Part shown: positions 27,009-38,418 of the stretch, in pieces | How the letters are laid out: the number at the start of each line of letters is the position of its first letter | Position numbering within the stretch: position 1 is the first letter of the stretch | IMG/VR virus record: IMGVR_UViG_3300024312_000003 | Location: 116,491 to 180,490 of that record | Length of the DNA: 64,000 nt | Origin: a virus | Reading direction: 5' to 3' (one strand) | The notes under the pieces: model-generated | Databases searched by the model: none | What the model saw: the letters and a program-made list of their open reading frames with translations, nothing else | Told to the model about the DNA's origin: nothing | Position numbers and translations under genes: made by a program

Positions 27009-29411
27009 ATGAGTAAAATAAGTGAAATGGGTCTTGCTGGTCCATTATCAGGTAATGAATTATTAGAAATAATTCAGAATGGTCAAAACAAAAGAATTAG
27101 ATTAAGTGACTTAGATCTAACCGCAGCATCAGCATATGAGATTGCTGTTAATAACGGATTCGTAGGTACTGAGGCAGATTGGCTGCTATCTCTTAAAGGG
27201 GAGAATGGACTAGATGGTGCTCCGGGCACACCTGGAGCAATAGGTCCTGTTGGTCCTCAAGGTCTGTCCGGTCCATCCGCTTATCAAATAGCTATTTTAG
27301 CTGGATTTAATGGCACTCAAGCCGAATGGTTAAACAGTCTAAAAGGAGCCGATGGTGCACCCGGACCACAGGGACCACAAGGGGTCCCTGGATTAAATGG
27401 TGGTGCTGACGGATTGTCAGCTTACGAAGTAGCTGTACAAGACGGATTCATTGGTACTCAGTCGGAATGGCTGCAATCATTAAGAGGACCTCAAGGTGAA
27501 GTCGGACCTCAAGGTATACCTGGTCCGACTGGTATTCAAGGACCTGCGGGTCCGCAGGGACCACAAGGTCCCGCAGGTCCAGTTGGTCCAGCCGGAGACG
27601 CTGGCCCCCAAGGACCAATTGGATTAGCTGGACCCCAGGGTCCACAAGGTCCTCAGGGTATCCAGGGTAAATCCAATTATGATTTAGCTGTAGATTCTGG
27701 TTTTCAAGGAACACTCCAGGATTTTGTAGCCACGATGAATGGTGTCAAAGGCGACACTGGAGATTCTGCCTATCAACTAGCAGTCAACGCTGGATTTATA
27801 GGAACTGAATTACAATGGCTACAATCGCTAACTGGTCCAATAGGACCACAAGGGTTACAAGGACCAGTAGGACCACAAGGACCTACTGGTCCTAAAGGTG
27901 ATCAAGGTGATACCGGACCACAAGGACCGGCTGGTCCTCAAGGTCCTCAAGGTATAAAAGGAGATGAAGGCATTCAGGGTCCTCAAGGACCTGCAGGTCC
28001 TCAAGGACTGCAAGGTATACAAGGTATACAAGGGGAAGTGGGTCCTCAAGGACCGGTTGGAACAACCGGTCCAGCTGGTCCTAAGGGTGATACAGGTAAT
28101 CAAGGACCGATAGGTAAATCGGCCTACCAGATAGCTCTGGATACTGGATACGTCGGTACGGAAAATCAATGGTTACAAACATTGATAGGTAGTCAAGGAC
28201 CACAGGGTCCACAAGGACCAGTGGGTCCTCAAGGAGCAGCTGGTAGTAACCTACTCGGAACTTTTGCAAATACAGCTACATTACAAACTTCACATCCGGC
28301 CGCGACCAATACAGGATCTGTTGCCGTAGTTGGTTCGTCAAGTCCTTTTAAAATAAGAATAGCAAATCAAAACGCATGGGTACCTGCTAGCTCGATAGTA
28401 AAGAATGTATCGGCATCCAGAACTATAACCGAGCATGATGATGGCGATATTCTCAATATCACCAATCCAAACGTGACTTTGACAATAGCTGAATCCATAT
28501 ACAATCACAAAGATCTAAAAATAAAGATACTTGTAAATGACAATACTGTTTTTGCGCCAGAATCAGCAAATGTGAAAATTAACGGACAAAGTAGTTCAAT
28601 TACTGTTAATAAGTCTTCTGGTTTAATTGCTGAATTATTTGGAACTGGTAATTTAAATAATGAATTTACCATAGCTCATAGTGGTAGCGGTGGGTCTGGT
28701 GGAACTGGTTCTGGAGGTTTTGTCTCTACAGCTCCAACTATAGTTGATACTGATAAATTCTCTGCCAGATATGATTCAGCTTCAACAACTCTTGGGAATG
28801 CTCAAGCTGGAGACATGATTGTGGTCTTCTTATCAAAGTGGGCCAGTGATTCTGAAGCAGTAATGACAATCAGCGATAACCAAGGTAATGTATATACTAA
28901 AATAGATTCAAGCATTAACTTAGATGGTGCTGGTTTCCGTTATACTGCGTTCTATACTTTCTGCACTCAAGGAGCGGTTTCTACAACAATAACCACTCCT
29001 TTAGTCGACTATAACAGCATGATATCTCTTCTCATAAGAGGAGTTGATTCTCAAAATCCATTTGATGACGGCGGTACAAGGAAAAGAGCCTACCTAGATG
29101 GAAGTGGTTCTCTTACCATAGATAATTCAGTTACCACATTCAGTGATGATTTGGTACTGGCTTTAATAGGTTGGTACAATAGTTCGATGGTTATGACTAT
29201 TGATCCAGAGTGGCCGGTTATAGATGGGTTTAACGATGGATCGAGCCAAACCAATCAAATGGTTGCTATAGGTAAAAGAGTAGATGCTGTTGGTAATTAT
29301 GACCCTACCATAAGCACTGGGTCTAATTCGACTAGAATTAGTGGAATATCTTTGGTTCTTAAAGGTATGTCAGATTCATCACAATCTGTCATCGATCCTG
29401 GTACGTTCTAA
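27009..29411 (+). CDS. Collagen-like fibre protein 3 with C-terminal receptor-like domains
   Basis: MSKISEM N-terminus, repeated SAY..A...GF.GT..EWL.SL.G spacers plus Gly-X-Y. Confidence 0.88.
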   Translation: MSKISEMGLAGPLSGNELLEIIQNGQNKRIRLSDLDLTAASAYEIAVNNGFVGTEADWLLSLKGENGLDGAPGTPGAIGPVGPQGLSGPSAYQIAILAGFNGTQAEWLNSLKGADGAPGPQGPQGVPGLNGGADGLSAYEVAVQDGFIGTQSEWLQSLRGPQGEVGPQGIPGPTGIQGPAGPQGPQGPAGPVGPAGDAGPQGPIGLAGPQGPQGPQGIQGKSNYDLAVDSGFQGTLQDFVATMNGVKGDTGDSAYQLAVNAGFIGTELQWLQSLTGPIGPQGLQGPVGPQGPTGPKGDQGDTGPQGPAGPQGPQGIKGDEGIQGPQGPAGPQGLQGIQGIQGEVGPQGPVGTTGPAGPKGDTGNQGPIGKSAYQIALDTGYVGTENQWLQTLIGSQGPQGPQGPVGPQGAAGSNLLGTFANTATLQTSHPAATNTGSVAVVGSSSPFKIRIANQNAWVPASSIVKNVSASRTITEHDDGDILNITNPNVTLTIAESIYNHKDLKIKILVNDNTVFAPESANVKINGQSSSITVNKSSGLIAELFGTGNLNNEFTIAHSGSGGSGGTGSGGFVSTAPTIVDTDKFSARYDSASTTLGNAQAGDMIVVFLSKWASDSEAVMTISDNQGNVYTKIDSSINLDGAGFRYTAFYTFCTQGAVSTTITTPLVDYNSMISLLIRGVDSQNPFDDGGTRKRAYLDGSGSLTIDNSVTTFSDDLVLALIGWYNSSMVMTIDPEWPVIDGFNDGSSQTNQMVAIGKRVDAVGNYDPTISTGSNSTRISGISLVLKGMSDSSQSVIDPGTF

Positions 29412-29413
29412 GG

Positions 29414-29441
29414 CATAAAGAGGGGAATTCCCCTCTTTATG
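29414..29441. terminator. Bidirectional terminator-like 28-bp palindrome between convergent genes
   Basis: Identical to 22808-22835. Confidence 0.8.
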
Positions 29442-29448
29442 CTGTTAT

Positions 29449-31041
29449 TTATTTTGTTATAAATATTTTATTATTTAAAGAGGTACCAACTGTTCTTGTA
29501 AATCTTAGATTGGTTATTGCTGTTTCTGAGGGCAAGGGCGCCCATCTGAATGATCCATAATCCGTATATGTATCATAAACAGTATATGCACCACCATTAT
29601 TGGTAGAATATTCAACAAGAATTGTTACCGCTCCAGCAGTCAAATCCGGAACAATATCGACATCAAAAGGTACTGAATTATAGCTTGACGTATTAATAAC
29701 AACAGGATTATTACCCAACAGTGTAACTTCAGGTTTCTGAATAGAATTATCTGCTTTAGTACCCTGAGCAGCGGTAGCGAAGTCTGCAATATTTGAATAC
29801 AGGACATCACCTAAAGTAGCTTGATAATCGATGAAAAATTGTTCATCTAATTTTGAATCTACTTGCTGTTTTAATAATCTGCCTTGATTAGCTGATAAAG
29901 CTTCAGTGCTCGATGTACTGGATAGCGTATCATTGATTACTGATGGTCCTGCGGGGCCTTGTTCACCAGTATCGCCTTTAGGACCAGCAGGACCCTGTAA
30001 GCCTTGAATACCCTGAGGACCTGCAGGTCCTTGTGGACCAATAGGTCCAGATATACCTTGTTCGCCTTGCGGACCTATTGGTCCAGCTGGTCCAGTTAAT
30101 CCAGCTGGACCCTGGGGTCCAGTGTCACCCTGATCACCCTTAAGAGTTAGTAACCATTGAGTTTCATCTCCTCCAAATCCAGCCAATACCGCTACTTCAT
30201 AAGCTGACAATCCATCGGTTCCGGCTGGACCCTGAATTCCCTGTGGACCTTGGATTCCCGCAGGTCCTTGAGGACCCTGTGGACCCGCTGGTCCTTGAGG
30301 ACCAGTATTACCAATACTACCTTGCGGACCTGCTGGCCCAACGGCGCCAGTATCTCCTTTGGGTCCTATTGGGCCTGGATCACCTTGATCACCTTTTAAT
30401 CCTTGAGGACCCGCTGGTCCTATTGGACCTTGTGGTCCTATTAAACTAGCTAACCACTGCGTTTCGGTACCAATAAATCCATTATCTAAAGCATGCTGAT
30501 ATGATGTTTTACCAGGTGAACCTTGTGGACCTATAGACCCTTGTGGACCCTGGGGTCCGGAAGTTCCTTGAGGACCTTGTGGACCAATAGGACCAGCTAA
30601 CGATTGTAACCACTCGGCTTGAGTACCTGTAAATCCACTATCAACAGCGTGTTGGTAAGACGATTTTCCTGGGTTACCTTGTGGTCCTTGTGGACCAACG
30701 GGTCCTATATCACCAGTGTCTCCCTTTAATCCTTTTAGACTGTTTAACCAATCATTCTGAGTTCCTACGAAACCAGACATTAGCGCTATTTCATAAGCAG
30801 ACTGTCCAGTAGGTCCTTGTTGACCTTCTGGACCTCTCTGTCCAATTAGACTGGCTAACCATTGCGTCTCTGTACCAACGAAACCATTTTGAATCGCGAC
30901 ATCGTAAGCGGACTTACCGTTAGGAATAAGAGACAAAAGAGAAGATACCGTTATTCTCCTATTGTATCCTTCTTGTACTATTTCAATTAACTCTATACCT
31001 GATAATGGACTAGCAAGGTCCATTGTAGAAATCTTAGACAT
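29449..31041 (-). CDS. Collagen-like fibre protein 4
   Basis: True start MSKISTMD at 31041; Gly-X-Y and SAY spacers. Confidence 0.88.
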   Translation of the reverse strand: MSKISTMDLASPLSGIELIEIVQEGYNRRITVSSLLSLIPNGKSAYDVAIQNGFVGTETQWLASLIGQRGPEGQQGPTGQSAYEIALMSGFVGTQNDWLNSLKGLKGDTGDIGPVGPQGPQGNPGKSSYQHAVDSGFTGTQAEWLQSLAGPIGPQGPQGTSGPQGPQGSIGPQGSPGKTSYQHALDNGFIGTETQWLASLIGPQGPIGPAGPQGLKGDQGDPGPIGPKGDTGAVGPAGPQGSIGNTGPQGPAGPQGPQGPAGIQGPQGIQGPAGTDGLSAYEVAVLAGFGGDETQWLLTLKGDQGDTGPQGPAGLTGPAGPIGPQGEQGISGPIGPQGPAGPQGIQGLQGPAGPKGDTGEQGPAGPSVINDTLSSTSSTEALSANQGRLLKQQVDSKLDEQFFIDYQATLGDVLYSNIADFATAAQGTKADNSIQKPEVTLLGNNPVVINTSSYNSVPFDVDIVPDLTAGAVTILVEYSTNNGGAYTVYDTYTDYGSFRWAPLPSETAITNLRFTRTVGTSLNNKIFITK

Positions 31042-31111
31042 ACTTGTTCTCCATTTAAAGACAGTACTGCATATAAATCCAGCATAAAGAGAGGGGAATC
31101 CCCTCTCTTTA

Positions 31112-32266
31112 TTACTTACCCAATATCCGACTATTGGAAGGTCTATCAAACTGATAAATTTTAGAAGATAGAACTTGATTAACAATGCCTACCTTATATT
31201 GGTTACTGTCTTGTTCTTGAGGAGAGCGCTGCGTATCAGAGATACGAATCCACTCGTTCATGAACGACAGGGGATTTTTCTGAACCAAAGTATGTTGACT
31301 TTGATTTTCCAAACCCAAAAGATAGTAAACAGGATAAGCTACAAAACGAGTCCAATTCTGGAACGTTTGCAGGGTACCACCAGGCAATTGCTTACCATCT
31401 GGTAGAATTGTTTCAAGCCAGGTTAGCTCGGATGTTACAATCTCATCAAGAAGACTGATGATTGTTGGTCTGAGATTTTCAAGAGCTTTCTTTCCGCGTT
31501 CGGTTGCCAATTCTACTTTGAGAATTTCTTGACCAAACTTAGCATGGATCTCGTATTCATCCTGAGCAATCTTCTGGACAGCCATACCGATTGGTTGGAA
31601 CAAACCAGTGTTGCAAATTGAGAAAGTTACTGCAAAAGATGCCATGAATTGGATTCTCTCCAAAGCATAGTTCGCAATCAATCCGAGGATCACATATTCG
31701 TAAAGTTCTTGAGAGTATGAAATCTGACCAAGTGCATATTTATGACTAAGCTCGTACAGCTTAGAAAAAATAGATCCCACTACACGCATGCGTTCGTGAG
31801 CTTCTTTGACTTTTGTGATTTCTTTGAAAACATCACTGGGATCATCAAAGGAGAGTCGTACAATTTCTGAATAAGTCAGAGCATGTAGATTCTCATTATC
31901 CATGATTCGACCATATCCAGTCCATACTTCACTAGAAGTAACAAACGGAGCCATGATAGGTACAAAACACCTGGATGCTACTGTGTCTGCTTCCCATTGC
32001 CACGCAATGGTTTTTATCATTGCATCGTAGATATCGCGACTACATGTCTTAAATTCAGTATTACAAGTACTGAAATCAAATTCAATTTCATCCCAATCAA
32101 GAGTCTTTAGAGTCTTATAGATTTTCCAAAGTTCTGGATGAACTCGATTGATGGAATCGTAAAACCCAGGTTGTTCTCCAAAGAAGATGGGTGTCTTCTC
32201 GTATGTCGATTTTTCAGTATTGAAAATCTTATTAGATACTTCAGAATCAATAACGATGTCAGTCAT
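31112..32266 (-). CDS. nrdB: Ribonucleotide reductase class Ia beta subunit
   Basis: W..DE, QWEADT, E.LH..TY, LERIQF.ASF, DE..IH diiron ligands. Confidence 0.93.
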   Translation of the reverse strand: MTDIVIDSEVSNKIFNTEKSTYEKTPIFFGEQPGFYDSINRVHPELWKIYKTLKTLDWDEIEFDFSTCNTEFKTCSRDIYDAMIKTIAWQWEADTVASRCFVPIMAPFVTSSEVWTGYGRIMDNENLHALTYSEIVRLSFDDPSDVFKEITKVKEAHERMRVVGSIFSKLYELSHKYALGQISYSQELYEYVILGLIANYALERIQFMASFAVTFSICNTGLFQPIGMAVQKIAQDEYEIHAKFGQEILKVELATERGKKALENLRPTIISLLDEIVTSELTWLETILPDGKQLPGGTLQTFQNWTRFVAYPVYYLLGLENQSQHTLVQKNPLSFMNEWIRISDTQRSPQEQDSNQYKVGIVNQVLSSKIYQFDRPSNSRILGK

Positions 32267-32313
32267 TTTAGTTTCCTACAGGAGGGAGTTTTATCTCCCT
32301 CCTGCTAAATTGT

Positions 32314-34620
32314 TTACAAACTACAAGCCCCACCAGCACATCCGCGTTCCTCTCCAGCATTTGCCAGATCTGAAGCAGACATATCTGACGAACCTCTTTG
32401 GACTGCGTCCAATTCGTCTCCGTCAGCAGTATAGCTATTAACGTAATAACGAGTCTTAAGACCTCTGCGAATACCGTGTAGATAGATATCCATGATTTCT
32501 TCTTCATCAATCTTATTGTCTTTACTGATCTTCTTGTATAGGTCAGCACTGATCGATTGATCTGTAAACTTTTGGAATATTGAGTAAATGTCAATCAGAC
32601 GTTTAGTCGGAATATCCCAGGCAATTTCGTAATCATGACCCATCGTATCGCCTTCAGGCGCTGCCCAGCGGATAACGATGTTATTGTCAGATTTGTTAAT
32701 GGTTAATGCTCTGATAGGGTATAAGCTATTTGCCCCACCAAGAGCCTTAGAAGAGGCTTCTCCAGGCATGTAGGCCACCAGAGAGCTGTGCCCAATACCG
32801 CCATTTTCAATGATCTGTTTCCTAAGGGTTTCCCAGTCATAGCGATATTCGAACTTACCTAATTCATCGACACCGCGATTATAAGTGTCAATAGGAAGCC
32901 AACCTTGAGGCCACTTCGTTTTATGTATCCAAGGAGCAAGACCGCGTTCCTTGGAATGTCTCAGAGATGCCTTGATGGCAAAATACATGTGACGCTCAGC
33001 CACCCGGTGAGCAAATCTCAGGCCAGTTTGATCTGAATATTTGACACCAGATCTAGCCATTAGAGTAGCCAGTCCCATGATACCGACTGCAGCATTGCGG
33101 CGACGCTTAGCAGTATATCCAACGTGAGGCAGAATGTAGTCAGCCATATCCGTTGTTCGGTCGATCATGTAGTAGGCATAGTACATTGCTTTTTCATATT
33201 CAGCGTCGTCTTTGACGTTGGATACTTCAATGGCTGCCAAGTTACAAGTAGAGACTTCACCTTGACCGTGATCTTCTTCCATGTAGAGATACTTAACGGA
33301 AGGGTAATCAATGGTAGGTTGAGTGATCTCGACACAAAGATTAGATGACCAAATCGTCTCCAGATAAGGAGTGTGACGATTAATTTCATCCATGTTAGCT
33401 TGATACGAAACTCCTGTTTCGAAAGCCTCGTTAAACGACGAGACAATCAACTTCTTGGCTGAGACGTATGTCTTTTTGAAACCAGGATCATTTTCATATT
33501 TTTCGTAGAGATCGATGAAATTATCAATATCTCCACTATAGAAGGCACGATCAAGATCTGGAGCGTTAAAGCAATTGAATACAAAGATATCTTCGTTTCT
33601 AGCTGCCTTGTAAGCAAGCCATGCATTACCCATCATGGTGTAATGTAGATCTCGATTCTTTTTATCTTCTGTCGAGCGCGGATTACTTAGCTTTGAGATA
33701 ACCAATGCTTCAGGATCAAATGCACTGAAGAAAATATTACCAGCACCGCCTCGACCATTTTGCAAATTGGCTCTAGTTGCCTTACCAACCGAGTTCAGAT
33801 AAGGAAGACGTCCTTGGTGCTGAATCAAACCACCTCTGACAGGATCACCAATTGAGCGAGTACGAATATTACCACCAATACCAGCAGACGCAACTGTCTG
33901 CATGTAGGCAATGTGGTCACCGGCAGCTAAAGAGCCAGCGCTATCAGAAGAAGTGAACAGACAGCAAGATGCATAGCTATTCAGATAAGTGCCTAGATTC
34001 ACGTAATTGGGAGTAGGCGCAGATAGAATCTTTCTAGAAAACAAATCGTAAAGATCTTTAACCTTTACCATTCGCACTTCTTTGTCTGTTTCTGCTTCAG
34101 CCAAAGCCATGGCCATTCGCATGTAAACAAATTGTTGAGATTCGTATTCTTTCTTCGTCACTCGATTGCGAAGAGAATACTTGTATCGAATATGATGAAG
34201 TGCGAAATGAGGACACTCAAGATCACGATTGTGATTAATTACTTTTTCTAGCTCTGCATATTCTTCATCAGAATACTTAAGAGTCCGCATGAGTCCAGCG
34301 TCTGCTAGTGCTCTTTGAACAGACTTAATCGAGGGAGGTACATCACTTCCAAAGATATCCTTGTAGATCATTGAAGTGTAGAGACGCCCAGCCATCAAAT
34401 AGTGGGACCAGGATCGACCTTCTAGTGTCGATTCAATCAAGTTATTCTGGAAGTCTCTAGATGTAATTTCCTTTGGACTTTTGTAAATTGCCTTTAGCAA
34501 AACTGAAGGCCAATCGATTCTATCACCAACAAGTTCGGCAGCCCATTGTGCCCAGCGATTTGGTTTTTCAGCAATGAATGGCTCACGCTGACCATTTCTC
34601 TTGATTATGGTTTCGATCAT
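32314..34620 (-). CDS. nrdA: Ribonucleotide reductase class Ia alpha subunit
   Basis: APTP...N, ASCC, SSNLC.EI, CNLAA, P...SS, GLKTRYY, C-terminal C..GACSL. Confidence 0.95.
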   Translation of the reverse strand: MIETIIKRNGQREPFIAEKPNRWAQWAAELVGDRIDWPSVLLKAIYKSPKEITSRDFQNNLIESTLEGRSWSHYLMAGRLYTSMIYKDIFGSDVPPSIKSVQRALADAGLMRTLKYSDEEYAELEKVINHNRDLECPHFALHHIRYKYSLRNRVTKKEYESQQFVYMRMAMALAEAETDKEVRMVKVKDLYDLFSRKILSAPTPNYVNLGTYLNSYASCCLFTSSDSAGSLAAGDHIAYMQTVASAGIGGNIRTRSIGDPVRGGLIQHQGRLPYLNSVGKATRANLQNGRGGAGNIFFSAFDPEALVISKLSNPRSTEDKKNRDLHYTMMGNAWLAYKAARNEDIFVFNCFNAPDLDRAFYSGDIDNFIDLYEKYENDPGFKKTYVSAKKLIVSSFNEAFETGVSYQANMDEINRHTPYLETIWSSNLCVEITQPTIDYPSVKYLYMEEDHGQGEVSTCNLAAIEVSNVKDDAEYEKAMYYAYYMIDRTTDMADYILPHVGYTAKRRRNAAVGIMGLATLMARSGVKYSDQTGLRFAHRVAERHMYFAIKASLRHSKERGLAPWIHKTKWPQGWLPIDTYNRGVDELGKFEYRYDWETLRKQIIENGGIGHSSLVAYMPGEASSKALGGANSLYPIRALTINKSDNNIVIRWAAPEGDTMGHDYEIAWDIPTKRLIDIYSIFQKFTDQSISADLYKKISKDNKIDEEEIMDIYLHGIRRGLKTRYYVNSYTADGDELDAVQRGSSDMSASDLANAGEERGCAGGACSL

Positions 34621-34825
34621 TTCCTAGTCTTTCGCAACTGCTTTGAAAATGGTTTTTGATTGTTAATTTAGCAGACGACTGAGTTACAATTATACATTCT
34701 CACCCTTACGTCAACATATTAAAACAGGCAAAAAAATAAACTTTTATTCACGCAATATCATATTACAATTTATGCTTTTTTAGATAAATTAGGGGCAAAT
34801 AAAAGGAGGGAATTCCCTCCTTTTA

Positions 34826-35365
34826 TTATCCTAGTAAACTCTCCATTAATCTTGGAGAACCGTCTTCCATGAGACGAACTGAACCATCTTCCATCAAACG
34901 CACATTCTGATGTTGTGCTTGGAAATAGAATTCACTTTCAAGCCAAGCAAATGATGCAGAGTTATCTCTTATCTTTATTCGATAAGAGTCAACCATCGAT
35001 GTATGTAGCTCATTGAGTATTTCTGAAGGATCAAGATTTAAACCCAAAGCTTCATTGATTTCAGGAAGAACTTCATGGGTAAAAAATGGAACTCTTTGAA
35101 TTACTACTTTCTGAATTTCTTCAGCAGGTAATGTGTTCAAAACAGCGAGGCTTAATCGCTTGTATTGGATGTTTTGATTATTGTAGAATTGAAATTGTCT
35201 GGGTGTGAATGTTAGTTGTGTATTTCTACCATTCGTTCCTACGACAGGGGTTAAATTTGTTAATGTGAAATCTGTGTTGTAATTTAAATTAAGCCCGTTA
35301 TTCAGGTTAATAAGGCTAACTAATCTATCCAGACTTCTTCCGGAATAAGGTTTGGTTCTGGCCAT
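34826..35365 (-). CDS. phiKZ-like virion structural protein
   Basis: LINLNNG...GRNTQLTF...Y.RL.L; C-terminal RLMEDGS repeats. Confidence 0.6.
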   Translation of the reverse strand: MARTKPYSGRSLDRLVSLINLNNGLNLNYNTDFTLTNLTPVVGTNGRNTQLTFTPRQFQFYNNQNIQYKRLSLAVLNTLPAEEIQKVVIQRVPFFTHEVLPEINEALGLNLDPSEILNELHTSMVDSYRIKIRDNSASFAWLESEFYFQAQHQNVRLMEDGSVRLMEDGSPRLMESLLG

Positions 35366-35379
35366 TTCTTTATCCTATC

Positions 35380-37491
35380 TTACCAATCGAGCCAACCGGG
35401 TCGATTTTCGTTTTTAATGTTGGGAATGAGTTCGCTAGTATCACAAACATCAGAGATGCTCTCCAAAGCAGCAACATCAGATACTTCCATATTCATAATT
35501 GCTGCAACTTGTTCTCTACTCCACTTAATAATGTCGTTAGAACGAGTAGAGATATTAGATTCTTTACCTGTGTCGAGAAAGACATTGACAACCCTAACTA
35601 TCTCTGTTTGTCCCAATCGATCTACTCTTGATACTGTTTGATCATATTCGTGCGCTCTAAATGGCGAATTCATGAGTATAACAGTATTAGCCATTATTAA
35701 TGGTACTGCTGTTGATAATGAGTCAAACGTAGCAATTAAGGGATTTATATCCTCGTCTTTTTCAAACGATTTAATTATTTCTGATAAGTTCTTATTTGTA
35801 TCGGCATAAACTTTCATTGGTTTATATCCGTTTTCTTCTAGGAAAGAGAACATCTCATCAACCACAGCGACATAGCTTGTAAATATGATTGTTTTCTTCT
35901 CGGAAGAGTCAATTAAATCAAATATACTAACTTCGTCTTCAGTTTCTTTATTAGATCCTGATCCCCAAGACAATTTCATCTTCGTGGTATTTCTAACGAT
36001 ATCTACATTACACTGTTCTCTTTGTTTTCCTAATATTCTACCCAATGCTTCGCCTTGTACTTTTAAATAATAATACTTATAAACAGACTTACTGTTTCTA
36101 AAATCTTTAACCATGTTAGATGGTAGATTTGGTATTATTACTTTATTTTCGTAATTATTACAAAAGGCTACTTCTTCTTTATTATTCATCGGGTCTAAAC
36201 CGCCGTGTAGAGCGTTTGCGTATTTTTCATAGCGCAGATATTCATCATGCTCTTCTCGCGTCTTTATCGTCTTTTTAAAAGCTTCTAGGCATGTTTTATA
36301 AATGGAAACATAATGACCCATGTTGTTTTTATAGTATCGAAGTCTCTCATCTATAAACTTCGACATTTTAACTCTTATCTCGGCCAAAGTATATTCTTGC
36401 CCATTAGACATCCTTACGTCAGCTCTTTTTACTTCAACAACATTACCGACAACTTTGGCTTTTTCAATTTTGAAACTCATAAAGCCAATTCGGTTTGCTA
36501 GTATATCGAGACCTCTTGCAACACTTACACCAAAGATCTTTTTGAATCTATCGGCAACATCTTTATTAAAGAATGAGTCTATGGTTGTCATTAAAGATAT
36601 TACTTCGGAACCCATTGCTTTAACGGGAGTTCCAGACATCCAAAGTACGTGATTGCAATTAAGTATAGAACAAAGTTGTATAAAGTATTGTGTTCTGGCT
36701 GAACTCATGTCGTTGAAATTATGACATTCATCCAATACCACAAATGGTTTCTTATAAAGCTGTTTTACTTTGTCAAAGAAAATAACAGCTTTTTCCAAAG
36801 ATTCGTAGTGGAAAACATAATGAGTGTAACCATACTCAAGAGGATCATTCGATCTAGAATCCCAAACTTTAAATCCCGGTCTTAAACAATCGTTAAGAGT
36901 AGTTCTCCAAACTCTATCAATTGAATTAGGCGGAACAACAGCCACAAATACATCAGCTTCTAAGGAATGTGATAGGAATATGGATGTTAGAGTCTTACCG
37001 CTTCCAGGAGCTGCGGCTAAAAGATAACCTTTTAGCTTAAATTTCTGGACCATTTGATCGTAAGTCTTTATAAATTCTTCCTGATGATCCAACGGACTGA
37101 AAAGGATATCTGATAACTTACCCTTATTCATCATTGAATTATACTCAGTCTGAGTCGACTTAAGCCAAGTGTCAGTATATATTCTGTCTATTATTTTAGT
37201 TATTATTCTCGGACCGACTCTGTATGCTTTTTTATGACTTAATAAAGTTCTAAGAACATAAACAAAATCAGGTAAAAAGAAGGAATGCATAATAAGATGA
37301 TTTCTACCAACTTCGTTGAAGAAATTCAATCCTATCCTACTGGTTCCCCAGACTTTTTCCATGTCCCTTAATAATTTCTCTCCAGGTATACCTTTTATCT
37401 TAACAATGTTATTAGATTCCTCCACACTGATGGAGCTTAGTAGTCTCATTATCTTTTCTAACATAACTATCTCGTAAGTTATTTTAATCAA
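35380..37491 (-). CDS. SF2 (SNF2/DEAD-like) helicase
   Basis: AAPGSGKT, LDECHNF, MSGTP, Q..SRVDRLGQ motif VI. Confidence 0.88.
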   Translation of the reverse strand: MIKITYEIVMLEKIMRLLSSISVEESNNIVKIKGIPGEKLLRDMEKVWGTSRIGLNFFNEVGRNHLIMHSFFLPDFVYVLRTLLSHKKAYRVGPRIITKIIDRIYTDTWLKSTQTEYNSMMNKGKLSDILFSPLDHQEEFIKTYDQMVQKFKLKGYLLAAAPGSGKTLTSIFLSHSLEADVFVAVVPPNSIDRVWRTTLNDCLRPGFKVWDSRSNDPLEYGYTHYVFHYESLEKAVIFFDKVKQLYKKPFVVLDECHNFNDMSSARTQYFIQLCSILNCNHVLWMSGTPVKAMGSEVISLMTTIDSFFNKDVADRFKKIFGVSVARGLDILANRIGFMSFKIEKAKVVGNVVEVKRADVRMSNGQEYTLAEIRVKMSKFIDERLRYYKNNMGHYVSIYKTCLEAFKKTIKTREEHDEYLRYEKYANALHGGLDPMNNKEEVAFCNNYENKVIIPNLPSNMVKDFRNSKSVYKYYYLKVQGEALGRILGKQREQCNVDIVRNTTKMKLSWGSGSNKETEDEVSIFDLIDSSEKKTIIFTSYVAVVDEMFSFLEENGYKPMKVYADTNKNLSEIIKSFEKDEDINPLIATFDSLSTAVPLIMANTVILMNSPFRAHEYDQTVSRVDRLGQTEIVRVVNVFLDTGKESNISTRSNDIIKWSREQVAAIMNMEVSDVAALESISDVCDTSELIPNIKNENRPGWLDW

Positions 37492-37549
37492 ATGATTTCG
37501 ATAAATAACAGCATAAAAGAGAAGGATTTCATACCTTCTCTTTTATGCC

Positions 37550-38056
37550 TTATTCATTTAACCTATAAACATAAGTTCTAACTTTATTACCTTCCGGTAA
37601 TTGTCCCAGTTCATGGATTTGTTCTACTCGGTACTTATGCAGATGCGAGAAGTTAAAGAAAGCATCTCCTTCGTATGCTTTTTCCACAATGGTGATGTGG
37701 ATCTCTTCAACTCTGTGATTCTTAAGAACTTCTTCATAAATAGAAGCTCCTCCAATTACCCAAACAACTCCAGGATTGGAAAAGTTAATTGCTTGTTCAA
37801 TTGATTGACAAACAAGAGCGCCTTTTGCATCGTAATTGTGATGTCGACTGATAACAGTATTTACTCTATTTGGAAGTGGTTTAAATTTCTCAGGAATGGA
37901 TTCCCAAGTCTTTCTTCCCATTATAACTGAGTGACCTTCTGTTACCTGTTTAAAGTAACGCATGTCTTCAGGAATTCTCCATGGTAAAGTATTGTCTTTA
38001 CCTATCACTCCGTTTATGGAGCACGCTAAAATTAGCTTTAGTTTTTTATCGTACAT
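37550..38056 (-). CDS. folA: Dihydrofolate reductase
   Basis: GVIG....LPWRIPEDM.YF, VIMGRKTWESI..PLPNR.N, VIGGA.IY. Confidence 0.97.
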   Translation of the reverse strand: MYDKKLKLILACSINGVIGKDNTLPWRIPEDMRYFKQVTEGHSVIMGRKTWESIPEKFKPLPNRVNTVISRHHNYDAKGALVCQSIEQAINFSNPGVVWVIGGASIYEEVLKNHRVEEIHITIVEKAYEGDAFFNFSHLHKYRVEQIHELGQLPEGNKVRTYVYRLNE

Positions 38057-38118
38057 AATTTAAAAAAAAAGATGTGGATAAATAGATAGGGGGTGATCCC
38101 CCTATCTATGTTTAGTTA

Positions 38119-38418
38119 TCAAACCGCCGCAGCCGGAAACTTAATCGCTGGATGAGATTCGTAATTTTCAATCTTGATATCTTCGATTTTAAAATCTTCG
38201 ATATTTTTGATATCCGGGTTAAGAACCAATGTTGGCAGAGGCTTAGGCTCTCTCTCAACTTGTTCGACAATAAGATCAATTTGATTTTTGTAGATGTGGG
38301 TATTTCCACCCGTCCAAATAAAATCACCAACTTTCGTATTAGTGACCTGAGCAACCATATGCGTGAGAATAGCATAACTTGCAATGTTAAAAGGAACGCC
38401 CAAAGGAACGTCGGCTGA
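38119..38418 (-). CDS. thyA: Thymidylate synthase exon 2
   Basis: SADVPLGVPFNIASY, GNTHIY, Y..HPAIKFP.AV. Confidence 0.95.
   Translation of the reverse strand, partial: SADVPLGVPFNIASYAILTHMVAQVTNTKVGDFIWTGGNTHIYKNQIDLIVEQVEREPKPLPTLVLNPDIKNIEDFKIEDIKIENYESHPAIKFPAAAV

Noticed and set aside
23521-29350. Diversity-generating retroelement template/variable repeat pair
   Set aside because: Differences are mostly synonymous and not adenine-specific; no reverse transcriptase in the window
25550-30900. CRISPR-like or non-coding repeat arrays
   Set aside because: Repeats are Gly-X-Y coding repeats inside open collagen ORFs; no constant repeat with unique spacers anywhere in the window
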